In this document: piece after piece, positions 51,422 through 60,182 of the stretch
Layout of the letters: every line of letters begins with the position of its first letter
Position numbering within the stretch: position 1 is the stretch's first letter
Assembly (NCBI GenBank): GCA_965279375.1
Contig: OZ257156.1
Span: 1,024,001-1,088,000, forward strand
Source of the DNA: Gemmatimonas sp.
Lineage (GTDB): Bacteria > Gemmatimonadota > Gemmatimonadetes > Gemmatimonadales > Gemmatimonadaceae
Direction: 5' to 3'
Length of the DNA stretch: 64,000 nt
Position numbers and translations under genes: made by a program
Notes under the pieces: model-generated
The model's database searches: none
The model's input: only the letters and a program-made list of their open reading frames with translations
What the model was told of the DNA's origin: nothing

Positions 51422-53008
51422 ATGCGTACCTCGATTCGCCTGCGGTTGACGCTCTGGAACGCCAGTGTGCTGGCGATGGTGCTCATTGCGTTCGCCACCG
51501 CTGGGTGGTTCACGCTCGCCGCGGTGTTGCGTGAACGTGGCGACGCGTCGGTGCGCGAATCCGCCGAGGCGATTGCAGGGGCCGTCCGCGCCGAACGTTT
51601 GGCAGCGCAGGCACGCGGCGAAGCAGTACCCGTGCGTGGTGACGCTGCGCGCGCGGCGCTGCGCGAGCTGCGCACGCACGATCTCGACATCTTCATCGCG
51701 GACGAGGCCGCGCGGGTGGTGGCCACCAGCCGCAGTGCCGCGCGTACTCGTTCTGGCGCATCGAAGCCGCGCGCGGTGGCGGCGGCGCCACGGCTGCCGG
51801 TGGAGGCAGACACCCTCGCGATTCCCGCGCCGGTGCGCGCGCTGCTGCAGGAGGGCGCGCGCACGGGCGAAGTGTTGGTTCAGAGTATCCGCTTTGACGA
51901 CGTGAACTGGCGCGCGGCAGTAACCCGCGTGTCTGGCGACTCCACGCGAGACGGCGACCGAGCGCTCGTCGTCGGTGTGCTGCGCTCGAGCGACGAAGAC
52001 CACGCCGTGCTGGTGCGCGTGCGAACAACGCTGCTCTTCGCGATCCCGTTCGCACTCATCGTATCGGTGCTCACGGGCTACGCGATCGCGAGACGCAGTC
52101 TGGCACCGATGGACGAGATGGCGGCACGCGCCGCGCGCATCTCTGCCGCGACGCTCAGCGAACGCCTTCCCGTCAACAATGCGCACGATGAGTTGGGTCG
52201 GCTCGCCACGGTCATCAACGATCTGCTCGGCCGCGTCGACGTCGCCTTCCGCAAACAGAAGCAGTTCGTCGCCGATGCCTCGCACGAGTTGCGCACGCCG
52301 ATCGCCATCGTTCGTGGCGAAGCCGATGTGACCCTCCAGCGGCCGGAGCGTGAGGAGCCCGAATATCGGGAGGCGCTGGCCGTCATCCGCGATGAATCGG
52401 TGCGGCTCACGCGCATCGTCGATGACCTGTTCCTGCTCGCACGCACCGACGCTGGAAGTCCTCTCGATCGTCGGGAACGCGTGGATGTTGCGGAGCTGCT
52501 GGGCGCAGGGCTGCGCAGTGTACGAACGATTGCTGACGCGCGTGGTGTTCAGCTCGATCTGATCGTCCCAACCGCCACCGCGAGCGCGACGACCTCGGAC
52601 GTACCGACCGTAATTGGCGATCGCGGGCTGCTGCGTCGCCTGCTACTCAACCTGTTGGACAACGCGCTCAAGCATACGCCGCGTGGTGGACGCGTAGCGG
52701 TCACCCTCTCTGCTGCGCCGACCCAAGTCGTCTTCGTCGTATCGGATACCGGCCCTGGTGTTCCGGCCGAACTGCGCCCGCGCATCTTCGACCGCTTCGT
52801 GCGTGCGGAGCATACCGTCGGCGCTGACGGCACGGTGCCAGCGGCGTCCGCCGAGAGCAGCATGATGCCCGAGGTGCCGTCGGCGAGTGGTGCCGGCCTT
52901 GGCTTGGCGATCGCTCAGGCCATCGCGCATGCACACGATGGTGACATCGCGCTGGACACCGACGCGCCGTCAGGCGCGAGCTTTCGCGTGACGCTGCCTG
53001 CCTCGTGA
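51422..53008 (+). CDS. Membrane sensor histidine kinase (2 TM, HAMP, HisKA, HATPase)
   Basis: DELGRLA, FVADASHELRTP, NLLDNALK, DTGPG, IFDRF and GAGLGLAI motifs. Confidence 0.95.
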   Translation: MRTSIRLRLTLWNASVLAMVLIAFATAGWFTLAAVLRERGDASVRESAEAIAGAVRAERLAAQARGEAVPVRGDAARAALRELRTHDLDIFIADEAARVVATSRSAARTRSGASKPRAVAAAPRLPVEADTLAIPAPVRALLQEGARTGEVLVQSIRFDDVNWRAAVTRVSGDSTRDGDRALVVGVLRSSDEDHAVLVRVRTTLLFAIPFALIVSVLTGYAIARRSLAPMDEMAARAARISAATLSERLPVNNAHDELGRLATVINDLLGRVDVAFRKQKQFVADASHELRTPIAIVRGEADVTLQRPEREEPEYREALAVIRDESVRLTRIVDDLFLLARTDAGSPLDRRERVDVAELLGAGLRSVRTIADARGVQLDLIVPTATASATTSDVPTVIGDRGLLRRLLLNLLDNALKHTPRGGRVAVTLSAAPTQVVFVVSDTGPGVPAELRPRIFDRFVRAEHTVGADGTVPAASAESSMMPEVPSASGAGLGLAIAQAIAHAHDGDIALDTDAPSGASFRVTLPAS

Positions 53009-53038
53009 CGTGATGTGCGTGAAGACGGAGGCTGGTGG

Positions 53039-53353
53039 TTAAGCCTCCAGTTGAGCGCGTCGCGAAAAGGCGATCAGTCGCCAATACAACGCCCGAATCT
53101 CGTCGTCGGGCAGTCCGACTTCGCGCGCCAGTGCCGAGGCGCGCGCAACGACGGCCGCCTCGCGTGCCGGATCGGTGATCGGCTGCCCCATGGCCGTCTT
53201 CACGCGCCCAACGGCGCGTGAAAGGGCCATGCGTTCGGCGATCGCGTTGATGATCGTCGCATCGACGCGCTCGATCTCCGCGCGCAGCTCGGCCAGCGTG
53301 CGCTCGCGCGGCGCAGGCGCCGGCTTTCGCTCGGGTAGCAGCGCGGCGCTCAT
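53039..53353 (-). CDS. Chorismate mutase (AroQ type)
   Basis: LAELRAEI.RVD......AER......GRVK......DP.RE motif. ATGA overlap with the aroF stop. Confidence 0.9.
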   Translation of the reverse strand: MSAALLPERKPAPAPRERTLAELRAEIERVDATIINAIAERMALSRAVGRVKTAMGQPITDPAREAAVVARASALAREVGLPDDEIRALYWRLIAFSRRAQLEA

Positions 53354-54408
53354 GCCGCGCTCCGCGCAGCGATACCCGCATCCACGCACACGTCGCGCCC
53401 CACCGCGTTGGCGACTGCCTTGAGCTGATGCATCATCGCCGCAAATGCAGCCGGCTCCTGTGACTGTTCGCCGTCGGAACGCGCCTTCGCTGGATTCGGA
53501 TGCACTTCCACGATCAAGCCGTCCGCGCCGGCCGCAATGGCGGCCATCGCCAACGGTGCGACGAGATCGGCGCGTCCGCCTGCGTGACTCGGATCCACGA
53601 TCACGGGCAGATGCGTCTCGCGCTTGAGCACCGGAATCGCCGCCACGTCCATCGTATTGCGAGTCGCCGTTTCGTACGTGCGAATGCCGCGCTCGCAGAG
53701 CATCACATCACCGTTCCCCTGCGCCATGATGTACTCGGCGGCCATCAGCAACTCGGTGATGGTGCCCGAGAGGCCGCGCTTGAGCAGGACTGGACGCTGC
53801 ACCTTTCCGACTTCGGTGAGCAGCGGGAAGTTCTGCATGTTGCGCGCCCCGATCTGCAGCACGTCGGCGTAGGCGGCCACCAGCTCCACCTGTCGCGGGT
53901 CCATCACCTCGGTCACGATCGGCATCCCCGTTTCGGCGCGCACATCGGCGAGCAGTTGAAGACCCGGCTCGCCCATGCCCTGGAAAGCGTATGGCGAGCT
54001 GCGCGGCTTGAAGGCGCCGCCGCGGAGCATGCGGGCACCGGCCGCCTGAACCGCGTGCGCGGTCTCATGCAGCATCTCTCGTCCTTCCACCGAGCACGGT
54101 CCGGCAATCACCACGATCTCGCGTCCGCCAATCACGGTCTTGGCGGGGTCGCCGAAGCGAATGTGCGTGTTGCTCAGCGAGTACTCGCGCGAGGCCAGCT
54201 TGTACGGCTTGGTCACCGGCATCACCCGCTCGACACCGGGGAGCGCGGCCAGCGCCATCTCGTGCAGCTTGGCCTCCTCGCCGATGCAGCCGACGATGGT
54301 GCGCTGGTCACCACGGCTGACGTGGGCGCGGAGACCCGCTTGCTCGACGTACTCGACAATGCGGTCGAGGGCGTCCTGGGAAATGTTGGCGGCGGTCACG
54401 ATGATCAT
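53350..54408 (-). CDS. aroF: DAHP synthase, type I-beta with N-terminal ferredoxin/ACT-like regulatory domain
   Basis: [44 protein letters not shown] and DPSHA motifs. Confidence 0.95.
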   Translation of the reverse strand: MIIVTAANISQDALDRIVEYVEQAGLRAHVSRGDQRTIVGCIGEEAKLHEMALAALPGVERVMPVTKPYKLASREYSLSNTHIRFGDPAKTVIGGREIVVIAGPCSVEGREMLHETAHAVQAAGARMLRGGAFKPRSSPYAFQGMGEPGLQLLADVRAETGMPIVTEVMDPRQVELVAAYADVLQIGARNMQNFPLLTEVGKVQRPVLLKRGLSGTITELLMAAEYIMAQGNGDVMLCERGIRTYETATRNTMDVAAIPVLKRETHLPVIVDPSHAGGRADLVAPLAMAAIAAGADGLIVEVHPNPAKARSDGEQSQEPAAFAAMMHQLKAVANAVGRDVCVDAGIAARSAA

Positions 54409-54458
54409 CGAGCTCCTCTGGGGATTGGGTATCCGCGGGACTCGTGCAGGCCGGGCCG

Positions 54459-54497
54459 CAAACGACGCGAGGCCCGTGCTTTTGCACAGGCCTCGCG
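54459..54497 (-). terminator. Attenuator terminator hairpin upstream of aroF
   Basis: mRNA CGCGAGGCCUGUGC-AAAA-GCACGGGCCUCGCG (14-bp stem, one GU) followed by UCGUUUG. Confidence 0.75.
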
Positions 54498-54517
54498 GTA
54501 GTCAGGATTCTCAGCGC

Positions 54518-54601
54518 TTAGTCGCGCGCAGTCCGATCGCCGTGGCCCATGCTGGACGGCGTAAAATAAAATCGGCTGGCGGAGTAGAGCGCGGAGTTCA
54601 C
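54518..54601 (-). CDS. Phe/Tyr-rich attenuation leader peptide, MNSALYSASRFYFTPSSMGHGDRTARD (27 aa)
   Basis: GTG...TAA ORF with TAC and TTT-TAT-TTT codons, directly upstream of the hairpin and aroF. Confidence 0.8.
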   Translation of the reverse strand: MNSALYSASRFYFTPSSMGHGDRTARD

Positions 54602-54607
54602 GACCGC

Positions 54608-54636
54608 AGCCTAGGGCGCCAACGCGATTCTGTCAA
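54608..54636 (-). promoter_or_regulatory. Sigma70-type promoter for the [12 protein letters not shown] transcript
   Basis: TTGACA (54636-54631), 17-bp spacer, TAGGCT (54613-54608). The leader GTG begins 7 nt after the -10. Confidence 0.8.
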
Positions 54637-54649
54637 TATCTTTGCCCGC

Positions 54650-55249
54650 ATGCACGAATCCGCCGCAATCCCCGCCAGCGACGGCGCGTCCAACGCGCCG
54701 AGCGTTGCGTTTCAGGGAGAACTCGGCGCGTTCAGTGAGCTCGCCATTCGAACGTACTGGCCACACGGTGCGGTCGCGGTACCCTGCGCGACCTTCCCAG
54801 ACGCGATCGCTTGCGTGGTCGCGGGCGAGGCGGAGTTCGCGGTGATTCCGGTGGAGAATGCCATCGCCGGTATGGTGCACGCGGGACGAAAGGCGCTGGC
54901 GGACGCCGCCGATCAGATCGTGCAGCGCCACGAGGTGCGTGTCCCCATTCATCTGTGTCTCATGGCACCACGCGGAGCGTCGCTCGCTGAGCTTCGCGTG
55001 GTGCGCAGTCATCCGGTCGCCCTTGCGCAGTGTCGCATCTTTTTTGCGCGGCACGGCTGGCTGGAGCCTACTCCGCACGCAGACACGGCGGGAGCTGCGC
55101 GTGATGTCGGCGCGCGCGGCGATCGCACCGAAGGCGCCGTCGCTGGTGAAGCGGCCGCAACACGATACGGATTGGACATCATTGCGCGACATGTTGAAGA
55201 CGTGCCGGCCAACTGGACTCGTTTCGTCATCGTCAGCGCCACCGCGTGA
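54650..55249 (+). CDS. pheA: Prephenate dehydratase, catalytic domain only (no ACT domain)
   Basis: VAFQGE.GAFSE.A, VIPVEN...G, SHPVALAQC, DTA.AA and N.TRF motifs. Stops 7 residues after TRF. Confidence 0.85.
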   Translation: MHESAAIPASDGASNAPSVAFQGELGAFSELAIRTYWPHGAVAVPCATFPDAIACVVAGEAEFAVIPVENAIAGMVHAGRKALADAADQIVQRHEVRVPIHLCLMAPRGASLAELRVVRSHPVALAQCRIFFARHGWLEPTPHADTAGAARDVGARGDRTEGAVAGEAAATRYGLDIIARHVEDVPANWTRFVIVSATA

Positions 55250-55313
55250 GTCGGCATCGCCGCGCACGCGTCCCTCTTAGAGCACTGTGCGAAAGCACTG
55301 TACTGGAGTTTTC

Positions 55314-57080
55314 GTGAAGAGACCCTCGTTGCCGCGCGACGCTCGCCTCGTACTGTCCGCATCCGTTGCCGCGGGCGCGCTCCTGCTGCTCGCCACGACG
55401 TTGCGTGCGCAGACGGCACCCAAGCGCGCGCCAGTTCCCGCAGCGTTCGCTCCCATCACGCGCGGCATCGCCGGCGAACTCTCAGGCGATCGCGCGCTGC
55501 GCACGGTGGCGTTCGTGGAGCAGTTCTTTCGTCTGCCGGGCAATCGCGGTTTCGACGCGTCCATCGATACCGTTGCCGCGCTGCTCAATGCGGCCGGCTA
55601 CGTGCTCGAGTCGAACGCCAAGTCCAGCGATCGTCTCGTGTATCGCATCGAGTCGCGCCCCATGAAGGATCCTGCGTGGACCCCGGACGACGCTTCGCTC
55701 ACGATCGTTGGACGCAGCGCGCCGTTGCAGCAGTGGAAGACCAACCACAACATGCTGGCGATCAACTCGTTCTCCACGGCGCCAGGGGGGGTGACGGCAG
55801 CGCTGGTGGATGTCGGTGCTGGCACCGATGCCGATTTCGCCAAGACGGACGTGAAAGGCAAAATCGCGCTCGTCGACGGCAACGCGCGACAGCTGTTCCC
55901 CAAGGCGATGCAGCGCGGCGCTGTCGGCGTGCTCGCCACACAGAAGCTACCGTCCTACAACCAGCAGTCGAAGAACCCCACCTCCATTCAGTTCACCGGC
56001 ATCTCACGCGATACTGTCGCGCAGGGATGGTTGATCTTCGTCTCCTCGGCGTCGCGTGATTCGCTGCGTGCTGCACTGGCAGCGGGCCCGGTGCAGGTGA
56101 ACGCGATGGTGCGTGCACGCTTCGAAACTCGTCCTGAGCAGACGATCGTCGCGGAGATTCGCGGCAGCAGTGCGCCGAATGAACGGTTTGTGTACTCGGC
56201 ACACGTGCAGGAGCCGGGCGCCAACGACAACGCGTCGGGTGTGGGGTTGCTCGCCGAAATCGCGCGCACGGCGGCGGTGCTGGTGAAGAGTGGCCGCGCC
56301 AACCCCGCCCGTACGCTCACGTTCCTCTGGGGCGACGAGATTCGCTCCACTGGCCGCTTCCTCGCGGAAGACAGCGTGCGACGCAGCGGTGTGAAGTGGG
56401 GCATGTCGCTCGACATGGTGGGCGAGAACACCGCCAAGACCGGCGGCACGTTTCTCATCGAGAAGATGCCTGATCCGTCGGCGGTGTGGGTGCGCGGCGA
56501 AGACCAGCACACCGAATGGGGCGGACGTCCGCTCACGGTGGACGAGATTCGTCCGTACTGGTTCAACGACTTCGTGCGCCAGCGCTGCCTCGATCGCGCG
56601 GCAACCAACGGCTGGGTCGTGAAGGCCAACCCGTTCGAGGGCGGCAGCGACCACACGCCGTTCCTCACCAACAAGATTCCGGCTGTGTTGTTGTGGCACT
56701 TCACCGATCAGTTCTACCACACCGATCTCGATCGCATCGAGATGGTGAGTGCCTCCACACTCGGCAACGTCGGCAACTGTGCGTTAGCCACGGGATTGCT
56801 GCTCGTGCAGGGTTCGCCAGCCATCGCCACGGCGGCGCTGAGCGAGATCGTCGCTGTCGCGGAGCGCGAGCTGGCCACGCAGGGCGCGCTCTCCTCGGCC
56901 GCCATCAAGGGCGGCGCTGACGCGAGCAAGGAGCGCCCGATCATCGATGCGTGGCGCGACTACTACGTGACCGCGCTCTCCAAGGTGCCGGAGATCGCCG
57001 TGACGCCGGGTGCGATGGACGCCGCCGTAGCTGCGGCACAGGAGCGGGTGAAGAAGGCGGCGGCCTCCGTCCGACCATAG
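55314..57080 (+). CDS. Secreted M28 family peptidase with PA domain
   Basis: Signal peptide, DVKGKI.LV (PA domain), SAH, GANDNASG, GDE, LDMVG, GSDH and YHT..D motifs; GGAG RBS. Confidence 0.88.
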   Translation: MKRPSLPRDARLVLSASVAAGALLLLATTLRAQTAPKRAPVPAAFAPITRGIAGELSGDRALRTVAFVEQFFRLPGNRGFDASIDTVAALLNAAGYVLESNAKSSDRLVYRIESRPMKDPAWTPDDASLTIVGRSAPLQQWKTNHNMLAINSFSTAPGGVTAALVDVGAGTDADFAKTDVKGKIALVDGNARQLFPKAMQRGAVGVLATQKLPSYNQQSKNPTSIQFTGISRDTVAQGWLIFVSSASRDSLRAALAAGPVQVNAMVRARFETRPEQTIVAEIRGSSAPNERFVYSAHVQEPGANDNASGVGLLAEIARTAAVLVKSGRANPARTLTFLWGDEIRSTGRFLAEDSVRRSGVKWGMSLDMVGENTAKTGGTFLIEKMPDPSAVWVRGEDQHTEWGGRPLTVDEIRPYWFNDFVRQRCLDRAATNGWVVKANPFEGGSDHTPFLTNKIPAVLLWHFTDQFYHTDLDRIEMVSASTLGNVGNCALATGLLLVQGSPAIATAALSEIVAVAERELATQGALSSAAIKGGADASKERPIIDAWRDYYVTALSKVPEIAVTPGAMDAAVAAAQERVKKAAASVRP

Positions 57081-57288
57081 CGCCGCGTCTCCCGTGAAAG
57101 ACACGACCAATAGCGCATCTTCGCGTCTGACTTCGGACACACGGGGTGTGGTGGTTCCCCCCACAGCAGGGCAAGCGTTCGCCGGATTGTCGACAAAGTT
57201 GCTTCACGACACCGTGAGGCCGTCGGCAATCGCCGAGTGAATGGCCCCACGCGCGAGATGCAGCGCGCCCTGCAGGAGAGAGTCCGAG

Positions 57289-58698
57289 ATGTCCAACGTG
57301 CGCGTTGCCACACCGCGTGAGTTCGTGTCGTATAGATCGAAACCGACGCAGGTCCCCAAGGTCTCGCAGACGCTTCTCAATCGCTACGACGTCTCGGTCC
57401 CTCGCTACACGAGCTACCCCACCGTTCCTGACTGGACGGGCGCGTTTGACGCGCAGATCTGGAAGGGCCATCTGGCGACGCTGGGCACCTCCAATGCCCC
57501 GTTGGCGCTGTACGTCCATCTCCCCTTCTGCGCGTCGCGCTGCCTGTACTGCGGCTGCAACGCTACGGTCACCACGCGCGCCGAAATCGTCGACCGCTAC
57601 CTCAATCGCCTCGAGCGCGAGATCGGCATGGTCGCCGAATCGATCGGCACGAGCCCGCGCATCGCCGAGATGCATTGGGGTGGCGGCACACCCAACTTCC
57701 TCAACGAAGCACAGATCGATCGGCTCTGCACACTGTTGCGTCGCAACTTCGCCATCGACGCACGCACCGAGATGTCGATCGAGGCGGACCCGCGCCTGGT
57801 GACCAAGAGCCAGCTCGTGCGCCTGCGCCAGCTCGGCTTCTCGCGCATCAGCTTCGGCGTGCAAGATCTTGATCCCGTCGTGCAGGAAGCGATTGGCCGC
57901 GTGCAACCGGAAGCGCTCGTCACCGAGGTCGTGCAACAGGCGCGCGACGTGGGCTTCAGCGGCATCAACCTCGATCTCATCTACGGACTGCCAGCACAAA
58001 CGTCCGAGAGCTTCGCGCACACCGTCGAAGCGGCGATCGGCCTCAACCCCGATCGCGTCGCCTGCTTTGGCTATGCGCACCTGCCGTGGATGCGATCGCA
58101 CCAAAAGCGCATCGACGAATCGCTGCTGCCAACCAACGGCGCACGCTTCGTGCTCTTCCGCAGCGCCGTCGAGCGCTTCGTCGACGCGGGGTACGCCTGG
58201 CTCGGCATCGATCACTTTGCCAAGCCGGAAGATCCACTCGCGCTGGCCGCCGACGCTGGTCGCCTGCATCGCAACTTCATGGGCTACACCACGCGCAGCG
58301 GCGAGCACCTGCTGGGCTTGGGAACGAGCGCGATCTCCGAAGTGAACGGCTGGTTTGCGCAGAACGCGCCGGAACTCGGCGGCTGGCAGCGCGACATCGA
58401 TGCGGGACATCTCCCACTGGCCCGCGGCCACGTCCTCTCGGATGACGACGTGCAGCGCAGCGCTGCCATCGCACACCTGATGTGCAACGCCGAGCTGCCG
58501 TACGACCTGTTCGTGGGAGATACCGCCGCACTCTGCGATCGCTACGAAGCCTTCGCCAACGACGGACTCGTCACCTTCGAAACCGATCGCCTGCTCGTGA
58601 CACCATTGGGCCGCTTCTTCCTGCGCAATCTCTGCGCAGCGCTTGACGCCTATCGCGGCGCGAGCGACGGCTCGCGGCGCTTCTCACGCGCAGTCTGA
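57289..58698 (+). CDS. hemN: Oxygen-independent coproporphyrinogen III oxidase (radical SAM)
   Basis: PRYTSYPT, LYVHLPFC...C.YCGC, HWGGGTP, S.GVQD, DLIYGLP.Q, DHFA and RNFMGY motifs; AGGAG RBS. Confidence 0.93.
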   Translation: MSNVRVATPREFVSYRSKPTQVPKVSQTLLNRYDVSVPRYTSYPTVPDWTGAFDAQIWKGHLATLGTSNAPLALYVHLPFCASRCLYCGCNATVTTRAEIVDRYLNRLEREIGMVAESIGTSPRIAEMHWGGGTPNFLNEAQIDRLCTLLRRNFAIDARTEMSIEADPRLVTKSQLVRLRQLGFSRISFGVQDLDPVVQEAIGRVQPEALVTEVVQQARDVGFSGINLDLIYGLPAQTSESFAHTVEAAIGLNPDRVACFGYAHLPWMRSHQKRIDESLLPTNGARFVLFRSAVERFVDAGYAWLGIDHFAKPEDPLALAADAGRLHRNFMGYTTRSGEHLLGLGTSAISEVNGWFAQNAPELGGWQRDIDAGHLPLARGHVLSDDDVQRSAAIAHLMCNAELPYDLFVGDTAALCDRYEAFANDGLVTFETDRLLVTPLGRFFLRNLCAALDAYRGASDGSRRFSRAV

Positions 58699-58709
58699 CG
58701 CGTCGTCCC

Positions 58710-59321
58710 ATGCTGCACACAATCAGTACCGCGCAGTTGCCAAGCCGCATCGGCCCGAACGCCATCATTCAAGTCGCGACGGCGCTCCGAGACCGGTTCG
58801 GCGCCACGCTGGCCGAGCCGCTGTTGCTACAGGCGACCGGCTATCGGATGACAGCGCTGCCGTCGGAGATGGTGGACGAGCGCGAAGCACAGGCGCTGGC
58901 CAAGGCCGTAGTGGAGCGCGTCGGACCATGGCTGGGCACGAGCGTGCTGCGCGAGGCGGGCCATCGCACAGGCGACTATCTGCTCGCCAACCGCATCCCG
59001 CAGATCGCGCAGCTGGCGATGCGTCTCGCGCCGAGACACATCGGGCTTTCGTTGTTGCTTGGTGCGATGTCCAAACATGCGTGGACGTTCGCCGGCAGCG
59101 GACACTTTCGCGTGGTGCGTACGTCGGGCGCGCCGGAGCTCGTCTTTGACGACTGTGCCATGTGCCGCGGCATGCATGAGCAGCGGCCAATGTGCGACTT
59201 CTATGCCGGTACCTTCGAGCGACTCATCCAGGCCGTCGTCGCCAAGCACGCCAGCGTGACCGAAGTGGAATGCATGGCCCAAGGCGCCGAGCGGTGCCGC
59301 TTCCAGCTGCACGGGGTCTAA
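58710..59321 (+). CDS. bchJ: Bacteriochlorophyll biosynthesis protein BchJ (V4R domain)
   Basis: RIGPNAIIQ, MVDE, AG..T.DYLLANRIP, HAWTFAGSG and C.....TFE.L...E..C.A.GA..CRF motifs. Confidence 0.9.
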   Translation: MLHTISTAQLPSRIGPNAIIQVATALRDRFGATLAEPLLLQATGYRMTALPSEMVDEREAQALAKAVVERVGPWLGTSVLREAGHRTGDYLLANRIPQIAQLAMRLAPRHIGLSLLLGAMSKHAWTFAGSGHFRVVRTSGAPELVFDDCAMCRGMHEQRPMCDFYAGTFERLIQAVVAKHASVTEVECMAQGAERCRFQLHGV

Positions 59322-59353
59322 CTGCTCGCTGCAGCCGGCCCGTACTTGCGCCG

Positions 59354-60103
59354 CTACGGCTTGAGCAGCTGCCGCAGCAGCACGCCGGGTTCGAGCATCG
59401 TCTCTATGCGCAGCACGGTGCGTGTGATATCGTCCAGCCAGAGGTGGGCATCGTTGTTGCGCCCCAGCTGCACGACCACGTGCACGAGTGCATTCTTGCC
59501 ACGCAACTCGCGATCGGCCACACGCACGGTGTAGCGTCGCAACTGCTGATCCACATCGTAGACCTGAATCACTGCGGCATCGCCCTCCTCGAGCGGAAGC
59601 GACTTCACCGCCAGGTCCCAGTTCGACGCGTCGAAGAACGCATCGCCCATCGTCGTGTCGATCATGCGCGCGGCCTTGGAAGTTGCATCGACTCGTCCCG
59701 CCACACGGGCGCCGTCGAACTCCAGCAGGATCGCGCGCTGTGGCTGCACGCCGTGATGCCAGCGCGGCGCCAGCGTCTGCGCGTCGCTGACAGTGCTGTC
59801 CACATACAATCCGCCGCCACGACGCGACGTCTGCACGCGCCGAATGACTGGCTCGTCCCCGCGAATGGGCAGGATCTCGTCGACGAGTGAGCCGAGCACC
59901 TGCTCCTCACCGTCGCGCAGCACGGACAGCACGTATTCGAATGTGCCGTAGCGGATGCGCGTCGGCTCTACGTTCGGCGAGCCTGGAATCGTCGTTTGTG
60001 CGGCAACTCGCGTTGGTCCCAGCAGTCCGCTGCACAGCGCCACGAGCAAGAGCGCGATGCAACCGAGGCGGGGACGGTTCGGGACGGGCTGACGGATGTG
60101 CAT
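59354..60103 (-). CDS. Hypothetical secreted protein
   Basis: Signal peptide ending VAA-Q and beta-rich body. Start uncertain (60103 or 60130). Confidence 0.65.
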   Translation of the reverse strand: MHIRQPVPNRPRLGCIALLLVALCSGLLGPTRVAAQTTIPGSPNVEPTRIRYGTFEYVLSVLRDGEEQVLGSLVDEILPIRGDEPVIRRVQTSRRGGGLYVDSTVSDAQTLAPRWHHGVQPQRAILLEFDGARVAGRVDATSKAARMIDTTMGDAFFDASNWDLAVKSLPLEEGDAAVIQVYDVDQQLRRYTVRVADRELRGKNALVHVVVQLGRNNDAHLWLDDITRTVLRIETMLEPGVLLRQLLKP

Positions 60104-60182
60104 GTCAGTGCGAACGTAGATCATCATCAAAAGTTAACCGATCGCGTGCAACTCTTTTTCGCATGCTGACGTCCTATCCGGC

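Noticed and set aside
57147..57211. Possible PpsR (TGT-N12-ACA) or FNR site upstream of hemN
   Set aside because: Spacings are TGT-N13-ACA and TGT-N18-ACA, and TTGTCGACAA is palindromic but does not match TTGAT-N4-ATCAA.
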